Part shown: positions 37,763 to 48,700 of the stretch, in pieces | Layout of the letters: each line of letters opens with the position of its first letter | How positions within the stretch are numbered: position 1 is the first letter of the stretch | Assembly: GCA_045837725.1 (NCBI GenBank) | Contig: JBEWZL010000294.1 | Span: 124,001 to 188,000, forward strand | Direction: 5' to 3' | DNA length: 64,000 nt | Source: Vermamoeba vermiformis | Lineage: Eukaryota | The notes under the pieces: model-generated | Database searches by the model: none | What the model was told of the DNA's origin: nothing | The model's input: only the letters and a program-made list of their open reading frames with translations | Program-made: the position numbers and the translations under genes

Positions 37763-39698
37763 ATGTCTTTTGTCAACGGTGCGTCGGGTAAAGTCCCAAT
37801 CGGGCAACCAAAGAAGCCTTTACCGAATCTGCCCAACCAACCAAAGCAAATCGCCAACGGTGGTAAACATTAAATATTAGCTCTTTCAGTACTAGTAATC
37901 GATTTTGACCTTCCGCTGAACAATTAATCATTCAATTTACTCCAGAATTCAATTTAATAATTTCTAATTGTTGTAATTAGCACCCAAGAAGACTTTCGTA
38001 CCCAATAATAACAACAATATTAATACACAACCCGCTACAAATCCACTGCAGCGAGGGCTGCCCAAACAACCAGTACATCGCATGAGTGTCGGGCCCAGCC
38101 TCGCTGTACCCAAATATGGAGCGAGTACAGCAGCCAATCAGAACCGATTCACGGTGAATTTGTCCGCGCCGAACAGTCCTGTCAACAGCCCTGGTCGACC
38201 AGTGCCCAAGAGTCCTGCTGTCAATCCTGTCACGCAGCCACCTCCAGTCGTCGGACGACAGCGCTCACAGACCACAGCTGGTCCAGTCCCCGATTTGACA
38301 CGTGCCACGCCACCACCGCCAGTGCCGGGCAAGAAACCTGGGTTGACAGCTGTCAAAAAGCAACCTCCACGCGCACTGCCCATAGCGAACATTGCTGACA
38401 ATCGGTACTCGATTGGTCCTGTCATTGGCACGTAAGTCTCCATTCGACACAATCACGTGATTCTGACACGACACATGTCAGCGGAGGATTTTCACAAGTT
38501 TGTCGCGGCACTGCAAATGAGACGAACACAGCAGTCGCGATCAAGGTAATAGCAGCTGTGATTGAAAGCCCAACTGACCGCGGCGCAGATTGTCGACAAA
38601 CAAGTCACCACGCAGACTGATCGCGAGGCCCTGGCACGTGAAGTGGACATTCTTCGCAGGTGTCAACACGAGAACATTGTGCAGCTGATTGAACACATTG
38701 AAACTGATGTCAAGGTGTACATTGTCATGGAACTGTAAGTGACACCTGTCATTCACTCGATCATAGTTACTGACACGTGTCATCAGTCTCAGCGGAGGAC
38801 CTATTGACACTTCTAAGCCCTATTCAGAAGCTGATGCCAAGAAAATAATGCAACAACTGCTGTCAGCTGTCAAACTGCTTCATGAACGAGGTGTCATTCA
38901 CCGCGACATCAAGCCCGAGAACATAATTCGCACTGCACCGAATGAACTCTCGATCAAATTGATTGACTTTGGTCTCGCTACTTATTTGGGTGCCTCTGAT
39001 GTGCTCTATGATTGGTGCGGTACTCCGGAATTTCAAGGCACGTGCTTGCAGTCCTTTGATTGAATGACTAATCACCTCACTGCAGCCCCCGAACTGGTCA
39101 CACAAGCTGGCTACAATCACGCCGCTGATGTGTGGAGCATTGGTGTGATATTGTACTTGTTGTAAGTCTGTCTTTGCTGTGTCTTTGCAAGTATTTACAC
39201 CTCGTGGACAGACTAAGTGGACAATTGCCATTTGTGGACAACAACACAGCCAAGCTCAATCTGAAGATCCGCAAAGGCGAATACAATCTGACAGGAGCCG
39301 AGTGGCAGGCAGTGTCCGAAGAGGCCAAAGATCTCGTGCGTCGAGTGCTGCACATCGACCCCAAACAGCGCTACACCGTCAGCCAGGCACTCAATCACCC
39401 CTGGTTCACTGGCCAGCCCCTCGCGTCACTCAACACCCCCGCTGCTGATGTCAAGCCTGCCCCGCGCAATCGAGCAGTGGTCCAGTGGGACTTCACTGCA
39501 CGCACTGAACTCGAACTCTCTGCACGCAAGGGCGAAGTGCTCACCTTGCTGAGTGTGGAGGGTGAGTGGGCCCTGGTAGAGAATTCGCGCGGTCACGGTA
39601 AGTGATCACGTGCTGGTGTCAAATAGCAGGACTAATTAGTGACAGGTTGGATGCCGTTTAATTATCTACAAGTCACACCCACGCTGTCCAAGAAATAA
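37763..39698 (+). CDS. CAMK-family Ser/Thr kinase with Pro-rich N-terminus and C-terminal SH3
   Basis: [44 protein letters not shown]3 [21 protein letters not shown]...W...GWMPFNYL. Confidence 0.88.
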
Positions 39699-39761
39699 AT
39701 ACATCGCTCTAATTGTTCCGCTCACCTAACCACAGTTATTCCGCCCCTCATTTGACACACT

Positions 39762-40933
39762 TCAATCGTCGCTCGCCTGATCAGTGCCAGTGCCACTCAA
39801 CACCCACACGCTTGTCTTCTCTTTCTTGCCGTCCACTTCACGCATCGTATTCCGCCGCTGAAATTTCTCCGTGGCTGACAATGTGACACTGATCGATGCT
39901 TGCCAATTCTGAATTCTCTTGTCAGTCACTAATATACTGCTAGTCATTACGTACTTGATTGGTGAGGAAGTCAGTGAAGTTCTTCTCAATGTACGCGCAT
40001 ATCTCGCGGTGTGTAGCAGATCCGCCGAGATTAGCGAGTGCCTGTTCGACCATCTTCACGTACGTCACTCCGCGTCGCTTCTTGCCCAGCTGCCCTTGAT
40101 TGCGCCGCTTGGTGCTCATGGGGGCTATGGACTCTACACTGCCTGGTCCCTCTTCCGCGCGTCGTTTGCGCGTGACAGGACTGCGCTCTTCATCGCTCTC
40201 AGGGGTGTGCTGCTCCGTGGTGGGTGTGACTGCAAAGATCTGAAAGCACCAGTACGAGCCTGCAAAGTCAATCAGGGCTGGATTGGGCAGTGCCACACGC
40301 GCACGTGGACCACGGTATTCGTAGCGCTGCTTGCCAAGCTTGAGCGCAAAGGGCTTGGAATGTGTGGCTGAAGACTCGAGCACGTAACAGCCTCGTGCAT
40401 AAGAATAGCGAATAGTCCACTGATGGGTCAGCAGATGCGGATCTGAACCAACACTCACGTCACAAGGGTCCTATCGCAACATCAATATCACTACTGCGAT
40501 AGTAGTACACTAGCAGACGTACCTTGGCGTCCCACCTGCCAATGGAAATTGACAATTTGTCCATGCGATACGGTCGCTCCATGATCTGATTGGACAACAC
40601 TGCGAAGAATGGCGGCAATCCCTCTCCTATACTTAGCAACAATAGGCAGCTGTTAGTGTTGCTTATAAGACATGATTCGCAAAATCTTAACTGCGTCGCG
40701 AAGCAACAATGTTCTCTAATGCGTCTTGCTTGAGCGGCAGTATGCCGTAGTGTAGCAGCGCTTCCTCGTCGACTTCGCTCGTCTGTGAAGCAGATTAGCG
40801 GTTGTGTTGAATTGACACATCTAACGTGAATTTGGAAATCATGCCATAATTTAATCTGAAACTCAACAATAATTATTCATCTTACCCACGAGCTTATTGT
40901 TGGCTCTGAGTCCAGATCCCGATCGTGTTCCAT
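39762..40933 (-). CDS. FHA-like plus forkhead-like winged-helix protein (Fkh/FOXK architecture)
   Basis: ISIGRWDAK...CDVSVG (FHA-like); TYVKMVEQAL...THREICAYIEKNF...NWQASISVTLS...FQR...W (forkhead-like). Confidence 0.65.
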
Positions 40934-41086
40934 AATATCAACAACGGGCAATAACCTTCGTTTGATCGTAGGCCAATATTCCAGCAGCTACGAATAACAC
41001 TACTATCGAAATTCAATAGTAATTACACGGCACGTGTGTTCTTATATACAGCGGCGAGTCTTTAAGCTTTAAATAATTTGGTTTAA

Positions 41087-43540
41087 AGGAGCATTCTGCG
41101 TTACCTGGTAACGCAATTTTTGCTCGTTATCTTTTTCTACCGAACACCACACATCACCATTATAATATTGCTTATATCTTATTGTATTTGTTCGTCCTTA
41201 ACTCCTGTAACACCAAAATAGAAACAACTAAGCTAAAACATTCCGCATTCGCATCCAAATCCGTAGTTCCGTGGTTTAATAATTCCAATTTAGTAGTAAA
41301 CAAATACAAGTATGTACATAATCGTATAATTGCATGTCAAATACTTAAAATAAGTAAAAATAAATTAAATATTATTTCTTCGAAGCTTCATCCATCGCTT
41401 AACATGCGCCGAGTGAGCAAGGAGAGCAAGGCGGCAATAAATAAGAGACAGAAAAAATTCAGAGCGATTAATGGGCGAAATCAGATATCATTGAGCAAAT
41501 CTGTCGCTCCCAGATTTTACGCGCTTCGGGAGCAACTACAACTCAAGTCTAATTCGCAATTGATATCCATATTGATAGATCGATATATTTCAAGTCAATC
41601 AGTACCAGCAGAAGATGTAGATAACTTGAATCTGGCTGCTTCGTTGTCTGATTTGCTTCCCGCGACACCAGTTGATCCAAACTCTATTCCAACAACCGAA
41701 GAACTTCGCAATCAATTCAAGTTCTCCTTTGCACTCGTGCAGCGTTCTCAACTATCTCAATTAATTACAGCCTGCTATTGTTCATGTGGTGGTCGCTTGT
41801 ACACCCAGCACGAAACTACCTTCAAAGGCAGCTTGAAGTATCAAATTAAGTGCAACACATGTGCTGTTAGCTTTGAATGGGCTCCTATATCTTATTCCTC
41901 AAGTCAGTTTCCCGCAGCTGCAGTAGTGTTAGCTTGTCAGTTGTCAGGAATTACGCACTCAAAATGGACTCATTTTGGCCAGACACTTGGCTTACCATCG
42001 ATCTCAAATGATTTATGGTACACTACTCTCGAAAGAACTATCAATCCCCTTATTTTTCAAAGCCACATTAATGAATCTTACGAATTGTTACGCGCAGCCG
42101 CCGCGACCAACGAACCACAAATTGTAGTCGCTGATATGACATGGGACTCTTCTAGAGATGGTTGTTATGGTGTTGAAGCATTTATGGACTATAATACGAA
42201 GAAAGTACTGCACTTTGAAGTCATACCAAGCAAGGATGCTGGCCGATCCGTTCATTGCGAAGTTATCGGCTTCAACCTTGGTCTTGCACATCTGAAGCAA
42301 TACATACCAATCAAAGAGGTCATATATGATGCTCATGGGTCTATTCCAAAGCAGATGCGCGAGCGACATCCTGACATAGAGCATTTATCGACTGACTGCT
42401 GGCACTGGGTCGAAAAGACAGAGAAAAAGGCAAACAAGTGCTTTGAAGCAAAGAAGAAAGAATCTTACTGGGACCAATTGAAGGATAAGCCAGTATTCAT
42501 CAAGAAGCATGCCTGGTATTGCTTGCATCACTGTGGCGGTGACTCGGATCTATTCGTGAAGCTCTTATCTAACTTTGTCAACCATGTTCAAAACGATCAC
42601 TCACTATGCTATAGCTACAATAATAATGCATCATGCGCCACCCACAATTGGGCTTCATATGACGACTTGGCTGACTTGGATGCGGATGCGAAGAATCCTG
42701 TGCCTTTCACAATCGTAACAAATAAGGAAGCCTTGGATGTACTTGACAAGTTTATGAAAAAAGGAATATTTGGCAGCAAAGGTGCCCCGAAGGAGATAGC
42801 TGGCCGTCTTGTGCGTGCGCGTCACTCTAGTGAACTTGAATCGTACTTTCATTCATGTCTAGTCTACACACCAAAATACTGCCATTTCTCAAAAATAGAC
42901 AATTTTAGTGCACTACGAGCAGTTGGAACACTAAATTGGAACGCAGCGAAAGATCCAGTGGCCAGAGATGCAGGCCTTGCCGTTTTTGAGCGACAAATTA
43001 TTAAGAGGCTTGCTCTTGATATATTCAAAGACCCAATCGATGCAGCAGAGCTCACAGAATTTTCAATGGCAAATATCTACAAGAAGTACTTCATCTTGCA
43101 GGAGCGAGAACGACGCGAAGCTGAAAAGGCAGCCAAAGAGGCCCAAAAAAAGCTTAATCAACAGAAAAAATTGACTAATGCTCCTGCAAATGACACACCG
43201 AAGGTTGCAGGCAAGCGAAAGCGAGAAGACAATAAATCCACAACGGAAAAAAAGCAAGAAAATTCCAAATCGAATCCAAAGCGGCGGCGCACCACTACTA
43301 AAGATGAATACAATTTTTTAGTAGCTTATTTAGACAAGGATTCACCTTTATCGGACCAAAGTTTCGAAGAAATCCAAAAAAAGCTTGGATCGGAGTGGGA
43401 TGCAGCAAGGATAAAATCATGGCTGCGAAATAATAGACAAAGGCAAAGGAAAAGTAAAAATAAATAGTAAGCTCGTGTGGTGTTCCGTTCAATTTTTCCC
43501 GTTTGATTGGTCACGTCAACCAGGGCGCCAGAATGCTCCT
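41087..43540 (+). mobile_element. Kolobok-type DNA transposon, 2454 bp, apparently intact
   Basis: TTAA (41083-86) | AGGAGCATTCTG ... CAGAATGCTCCT | TTAA (43541-44): perfect 12-bp TIR, TTAA TSD, RR..YY termini, one intronless transposase ORF. Confidence 0.88.
41404..43467 (+). CDS. DDE transposase (Kolobok-like) with C-terminal homeodomain-like module, 687 aa
   Basis: Zn finger CxxCGG...CxxC; candidate catalytic motifs ADMTWDS, IYDAH, DCWH (C/DxxH) and ELESYFH..YTPK; tail KRRRTT...EEIQKKLG...IKSWLRNNRQRQRK. First convincing ATG at 41404 within ORF 41182-43467. Confidence 0.85.
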   Translation: MRRVSKESKAAINKRQKKFRAINGRNQISLSKSVAPRFYALREQLQLKSNSQLISILIDRYISSQSVPAEDVDNLNLAASLSDLLPATPVDPNSIPTTEELRNQFKFSFALVQRSQLSQLITACYCSCGGRLYTQHETTFKGSLKYQIKCNTCAVSFEWAPISYSSSQFPAAAVVLACQLSGITHSKWTHFGQTLGLPSISNDLWYTTLERTINPLIFQSHINESYELLRAAAATNEPQIVVADMTWDSSRDGCYGVEAFMDYNTKKVLHFEVIPSKDAGRSVHCEVIGFNLGLAHLKQYIPIKEVIYDAHGSIPKQMRERHPDIEHLSTDCWHWVEKTEKKANKCFEAKKKESYWDQLKDKPVFIKKHAWYCLHHCGGDSDLFVKLLSNFVNHVQNDHSLCYSYNNNASCATHNWASYDDLADLDADAKNPVPFTIVTNKEALDVLDKFMKKGIFGSKGAPKEIAGRLVRARHSSELESYFHSCLVYTPKYCHFSKIDNFSALRAVGTLNWNAAKDPVARDAGLAVFERQIIKRLALDIFKDPIDAAELTEFSMANIYKKYFILQERERREAEKAAKEAQKKLNQQKKLTNAPANDTPKVAGKRKREDNKSTTEKKQENSKSNPKRRRTTTKDEYNFLVAYLDKDSPLSDQSFEEIQKKLGSEWDAARIKSWLRNNRQRQRKSKNK

Positions 43541-43837
43541 TTAATGTTTTGTTTGAAGCTTCAATGGTTAATTCATTAAGTAATGCACCAGCAACTATAG
43601 GTCGACATTAATCCGCAATTTATCCTCTTTATTTGTTAACAACAAAAGGTTCGAATCGCAGTCCTGACCAGCTAGAACAAATCTGGCTTTCAGCAACAGT
43701 ATAATCGTGGTGGTGGCCGCCGCGTTTTAATTAATATTGCGTGCGGTATATACTACATAATCAATTATTCGACTGTTACCAAAACTCCGAGTGTTCGTAG
43801 AAGGTCTGTCATTCAGATTCGCACACTTGCAAATGGC

Positions 43838-44266
43838 TTAATGTTGTTGGGAATTGCGGGAAGCGCGTCGTTGGTTACCAGTGCGCTTGTTGTAACGAGG
43901 TCGCTTGTTGTTCTTGTACGCAACTTGCGGCTTCAATTCAGTGTCCTCTTCGTCGCTCGATGAAAAGTCCGCCGAATGTGAGGGAGAAGAGACGGCAGAA
44001 GACGGAGATGAGGGAGACATGGCTGGAGATGACACAGGTGAGGTCATGGTGGGGGAGGACGGGGTTTGTCGCTTCAAAAAAGAGGGCAAAGGCAAAGATT
44101 CGGGCTCCGGAGAATATTCGAATGCACCACCAGCATATCGATGTTCTGGAGAGAGCTTAGAAGGTGAGACGGACAAGTTGGTAGGGTCGCTGACTCTTCT
44201 TGGTTTGTTGGTAATTGGGGTGAATGTGGTAGGGAAAGGTACTGGTCTAGCTACTTGAGTGGACAT
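43838..44266 (-). CDS. Edc1/PNRC-like decapping co-activator
   Basis: YAGGAFEYSPEPESLPLPSF matches the YAGxxF...LPxP motif in an otherwise disordered S/P-rich protein. Confidence 0.75.
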   Translation of the reverse strand: MSTQVARPVPFPTTFTPITNKPRRVSDPTNLSVSPSKLSPEHRYAGGAFEYSPEPESLPLPSFLKRQTPSSPTMTSPVSSPAMSPSSPSSAVSSPSHSADFSSSDEEDTELKPQVAYKNNKRPRYNKRTGNQRRASRNSQQH

Positions 44267-44877
44267 TTGGTGTTGATTTTGTTTTAGATAGATATGGTTG
44301 GTTATTGGTAGCTGTTGGGCTTATTTAATAATTGTTTGCGACCGGTCGTGGATGACGCTTGGTCTTTAAAGAGCAGGGTTACTGTACAAAGAGTAGGTGT
44401 TGCGTGGCGCTAGGGAGCTGCGGAGTCTCAACGTAGAGTTGACTCGTTGCTATGATGATGTGTTGTTCTTCGTTTCGGTGCGAACTTGCAAAATCCCAAA
44501 AACGAAAGAGAGAATTTATCCGTCGTGAGCTCGTTGACTTTTCTTTGACCAAAGTTCAATGAAAGACAATAAAGGGAGATTTCTTGAGAGCCGAGAAAAA
44601 TCGCAGGAATTTGAATTAGCGGCGATGTACCAACGCAAGAATCTTTGGCTAACAAGAACACGAATCTCGGTGCTTTTTTGTTGGCATCTTCCTGATCTAA
44701 CCTTGCTTGAAGGATATTTCGTTCTCCGTTCTCCCATATTGTTATGATTTTTCGCTCAGAAATTAGTTGAGACTCTGATATTAATAGTCTGTCGTAAAAT
44801 AATCTTGCGCACAATCCATTCAGGACCTCCGAATAATCCTGATGATCTAGAGGATAAATTCCTAAACAATTTTAGCC

Positions 44878-45646
44878 ATGGGTAACACACAAGGCAACCG
44901 ATTAACGAAAGAAGAGATTGATGATCTTCACACTTCAAGTCATTGTATGTAATATTGGTAAGGTGTAAAGACGCTAACTGTTGCAACTAGTTGATCAAAA
45001 GGAGTTGAAAGATCTCTACAAACAATTCAAAAAAGAAATTCCAAGCGGCGGCATCAACAAACGAGACTTCAAGGAGTTGTTGAAAGGCTTAGGAGTGGTA
45101 GATGTATTCTTACAAGATTTGATTTTCAACACCTTCGATTATGACAAAGATGGCCAAATTAATTTCAAAGATGTTACCACTGGGTTGTCTATAATAGCTC
45201 GTGGTGACCCTGATGAAAAGCTTGAGCGTGAGTATTAATTCTGAAATTATTGAATTAATTTCAAATTGATTTTGTGATATGTCGTTATTGCTTGTTGTAA
45301 CATGCTATTATCGCTATTAGTGGCATTCAGACTATATGATTTGGATGGCAACGGTGTGATTAGCCGCGAAGAAATGTCGCAAGTGATCGAGTCTTACTAC
45401 AAGCTGGTGGGTCCTCTGATCAGCTCTTCAGGCAAGAAGTACGAGACCCCTGAGCAGCTCGTGGATGAATTCTTCGAACAGATGGATCAGAACGGCGATG
45501 GCGTCATATCGTTGGAGGAGTACAAAGAGGGTGCGATGAAGAACCCCGATATCATTCAGGTATGTTAATATAAGCGCTGTAGTCATCCGATTAATAGCGT
45601 ACTAATCGTCCACATTTAGCGCCTCAAGCTGTTCACTGCCCTGTAA
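44878..45646 (+). CDS. NCS1: Neuronal calcium sensor / frequenin-like EF-hand protein
   Basis: MGN myristoylation site; FKKEIPSG; EF hands DYDKDGQINFKD, DLDGNGVISREE, DQNGDGVISLEE. Confidence 0.85.
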
Positions 45647-45738
45647 ATAAGTTCTGCATCCAGTTTGCTAATCGATTAGCTCAGTCCACACCTTGTATTT
45701 TAATAAAGCCTATTTATATTAATGAACAAGCACTGTCT

Positions 45739-48700
45739 TCACTTGAAGTCAGTAGGTACAAAGGGTGATGCGCACAGATCTGCAGGCGTGCTGTTGATGT
45801 TCAGCGCTGGTTCGTTGCTGTTAGCATCGCTCGTCTCTTCAGTGAAATCAGTCAAAATCACGTGGTGCACGTAGTCCCAGTCAATCGTGCGACTGCTCAC
45901 AACGTTTCGGAAACTTAGATTGCCAAATTGGGATAAAAATGACAGCAAAGCTTTGTATTCCATTTTTGGACTGGCATTCTCAGCAGGCAAGCCCTGATCA
46001 GTGGGAGCCAGACTGCGCACATTGATCAGTGGTCGGCGATTGGTTGGTTTGTAGGGCTGCGACAAGATTAGTTTTCATTTCTGAAACAGAAAAATAGTTG
46101 CAAAGATTACCATGGGATTGCTGTCTGGCGGAGCAATGCGATCAATGAACGGCACAAAATGAGCTTTAAATAGCTCTCCTTGCTGCAGACCATCGCTGAC
46201 GAACATCCATTTGTGACTGTGAAGGAGTTAGTGCAGAACGCGCGTTGACACGTGTCAAAGGGTGACTTACACATTGAAGTCCTCGCAGGACAGTATCGAG
46301 GCTAAATCGACAAATTTGGCCGCTGACAGCACGGCATCGTTCTCTTGTGTCGTGAACACGCGTATCTAAAAATAGGGCGTTAGGCGGCACATTGCCTGAT
46401 TAGGTCATCGAACGCACCAGTTCAGTGATCACCACGGGCCAGAATGACGAGAGTGACTTGAAGTTACAGCGCAACAACAAGACGCGCAGTGTCAGCAGCA
46501 CGTGATTCAACAGCGCCGTGTTCTCTTTCAGACGCAGCGCATCCACCACGCGCTCTTGAATCAGCGGCAACTGCTCCAAGTACGTGTCGGGAGGGGCTGC
46601 GTAGATCACAAAGGCGAGTCGCTTCATTAACTTGGCACTGTGCCAGTGTCAGTGGTGCTAAATATAGAACAGCAGTGCTACTCACCGCTCCTCGTGCCGT
46701 GTTTTGATCATCTCTTGCAGACCTTGCACTGACAGCGCACGTGCGACTGATTCTGTGAACGGCGTGTCAGTCACGTGACATGTACCTCTGAGGCTACTTA
46801 CTCAGAAGATCTGCAAAGGTACTCTTGTCGCCCATAATGTGCGCTATAATTGGCATCCAGTTGTGCAGTGTCTTGACCGAGCACGTGAAGAAGTCTTGTT
46901 GCAGTGCGGCACTCGGACTGGCACCGCTGCTCTCTGCGGCACCAATGTTGAGCGCGTAGAAGTAGTCGAGCACGTCCTTCTTCCAGGTCTTGATGCTGTT
47001 GGGCAGGGTGAGCCACGACTCGATCAGCTTGACTGACAGCTCCTTGTGCAGCGGTGTCATCAGCTGGCCAGGCTGCGTGAGTCTGCCCTTTACATAGGGC
47101 CATATGTTCTGCAGCACGAGCGAGGTGATTTGTGTCACGCGGTCCTTGTCGTAGAACACCTTGTCGAGCAGCGGATTCATCGACTTCAACAGTGCGCGCA
47201 GTGAGCTCAGACTGATCTGCGTGCGGTTCAGTGAATCTTTGGCCGTACGCTTCAGCTCTGTGGGGATTGGTCAGAGAGGCGCTGTTCAGTGAACGGTGTC
47301 ACGTGACAGGTACTTACCATCGGGCTCGACCACCACAAAGCTAGCAGCACTCGGTGTGAGGGTGTCCGTGGCGTGCTCTACCGATATGGCGAGTGACTGT
47401 GGCGAGAGCACATTGCCGAGCACAATCTCGCTGTGGAGATCACCGACCAGGGCACCGAAGGACTGACAGGCAAAGTACAAGCAGCCTTCAATCATCTTCT
47501 GCGTGACGTCACCGAGGGCCTTGAGCTTCTTCTTGTCAGTCTTGGGATTGTTGAGACTGCTCGCACAGGCCTGCACGTACAAGTGGAGCATGTGCAGCGA
47601 GTGCATGAAGGCGAAGGGACTGCGCGTGTACACGACCTGCTTGAGGAAGGGCACGAAGAGATCGAGCAGCTCGAGGGTGCTGAGCTGCGAGGCCCTGTTG
47701 CTGGTGAGTGCAGCGAGCAAGTCCACGAGCACAATGTCCTTGTCTTCAATGTCTATCACGCGGCCACTCACTTGACTCGTGCTCGTCGGCACGCTGTTCT
47801 TCGCGGGGGCTGGCACTGCACTCGTGTTGGTGTTGCTGGCTGTCACGTGCTGCTGATGCGTGATCACGTGCAGTTGATGCAGCAGCTGTGTCGCCGCTTT
47901 GTACAGCGCATCGACGGAGGCAGGAGTGGCAATCAGCGTGGTGAGCAGCTCGACGATGATCTTCTTGGTCAGTGCGGCCTCGCTGGTGCTGTGCGAGTTC
48001 ATCACACTCTCCTCCATGTCACGTGACGGCGTGAATTTCCAGTACTTGAGCAGCGATTTGAGCACGTGACTGGGATAGGTGACGAAGATGGGCTCCATGA
48101 TCTGCAGGATCTGATCTTGCAGCATGTACTTGTTGTGTGTCTCGTCTTGCTGCACATCGAGTGGCAGTTTGACACCGCGCTCGCCGGGCGGTGAACTCAT
48201 CGAGCTCTTGCGCCGCGTCTGTTGCGCACTGCTGGACTTGGGGGCCTTGACACTGGGCGGACCCCACACGCGAATCAGCAGCGACATGACGGCCGGCAAC
48301 TCGCGCAAGAGTGCATCGCGCACGAGATCGGAGCTGCCGGGGGGTGGCGGGGGTGGGGGCGTGACTTCGGGGGGCAGATCCGAGGTCTGGAAGATGTCTT
48401 TGAAGAAGGTCGAGAATGAGCGCAGTCTGCTGGCGGGCACTGCAGCGGTGCTATTAATAGGTGCAGTGGGCGTGGCAGACTCGGGTATGAGCAGCATGGC
48501 GAGGATGTAGTTGAGCGACTGCAGGATCATCAGCAGGTCCTTGCTCACCAAGCTGTCGTAGCACGAGCTCCATGCTGTCACATTGCTGCTATTATTAGCT
48601 CCGGGGGCGACATCGAACGACAAGTACGAGTGTGCCATGGTGCACATGCAGCCAATCAGCGGTGGCACAATCTCCACGAGCAGCGGCTGTGTCTTGGGCT

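Noticed and set aside
41182-41403. N-terminal 74 codons of the 761-aa ORF call
   Set aside because: Begins at TTG in AT-rich subterminal DNA; ATG 41404 is the more plausible start.
8950-43540. Endonuclease and transposase as one KolobokP composite element
   Set aside because: They are 31 kb apart with many host genes between; the transposon is closed by its own TIRs and TSD, and no long terminal direct repeats were seen.
41083-43544. piggyBac assignment because of the TTAA TSD
   Set aside because: Termini are AG..CT rather than CC..GG, and the motifs (DxxWDS, DxH, DxWH, LExFH-like) fit the Kolobok/Mutator-type DDE fold.
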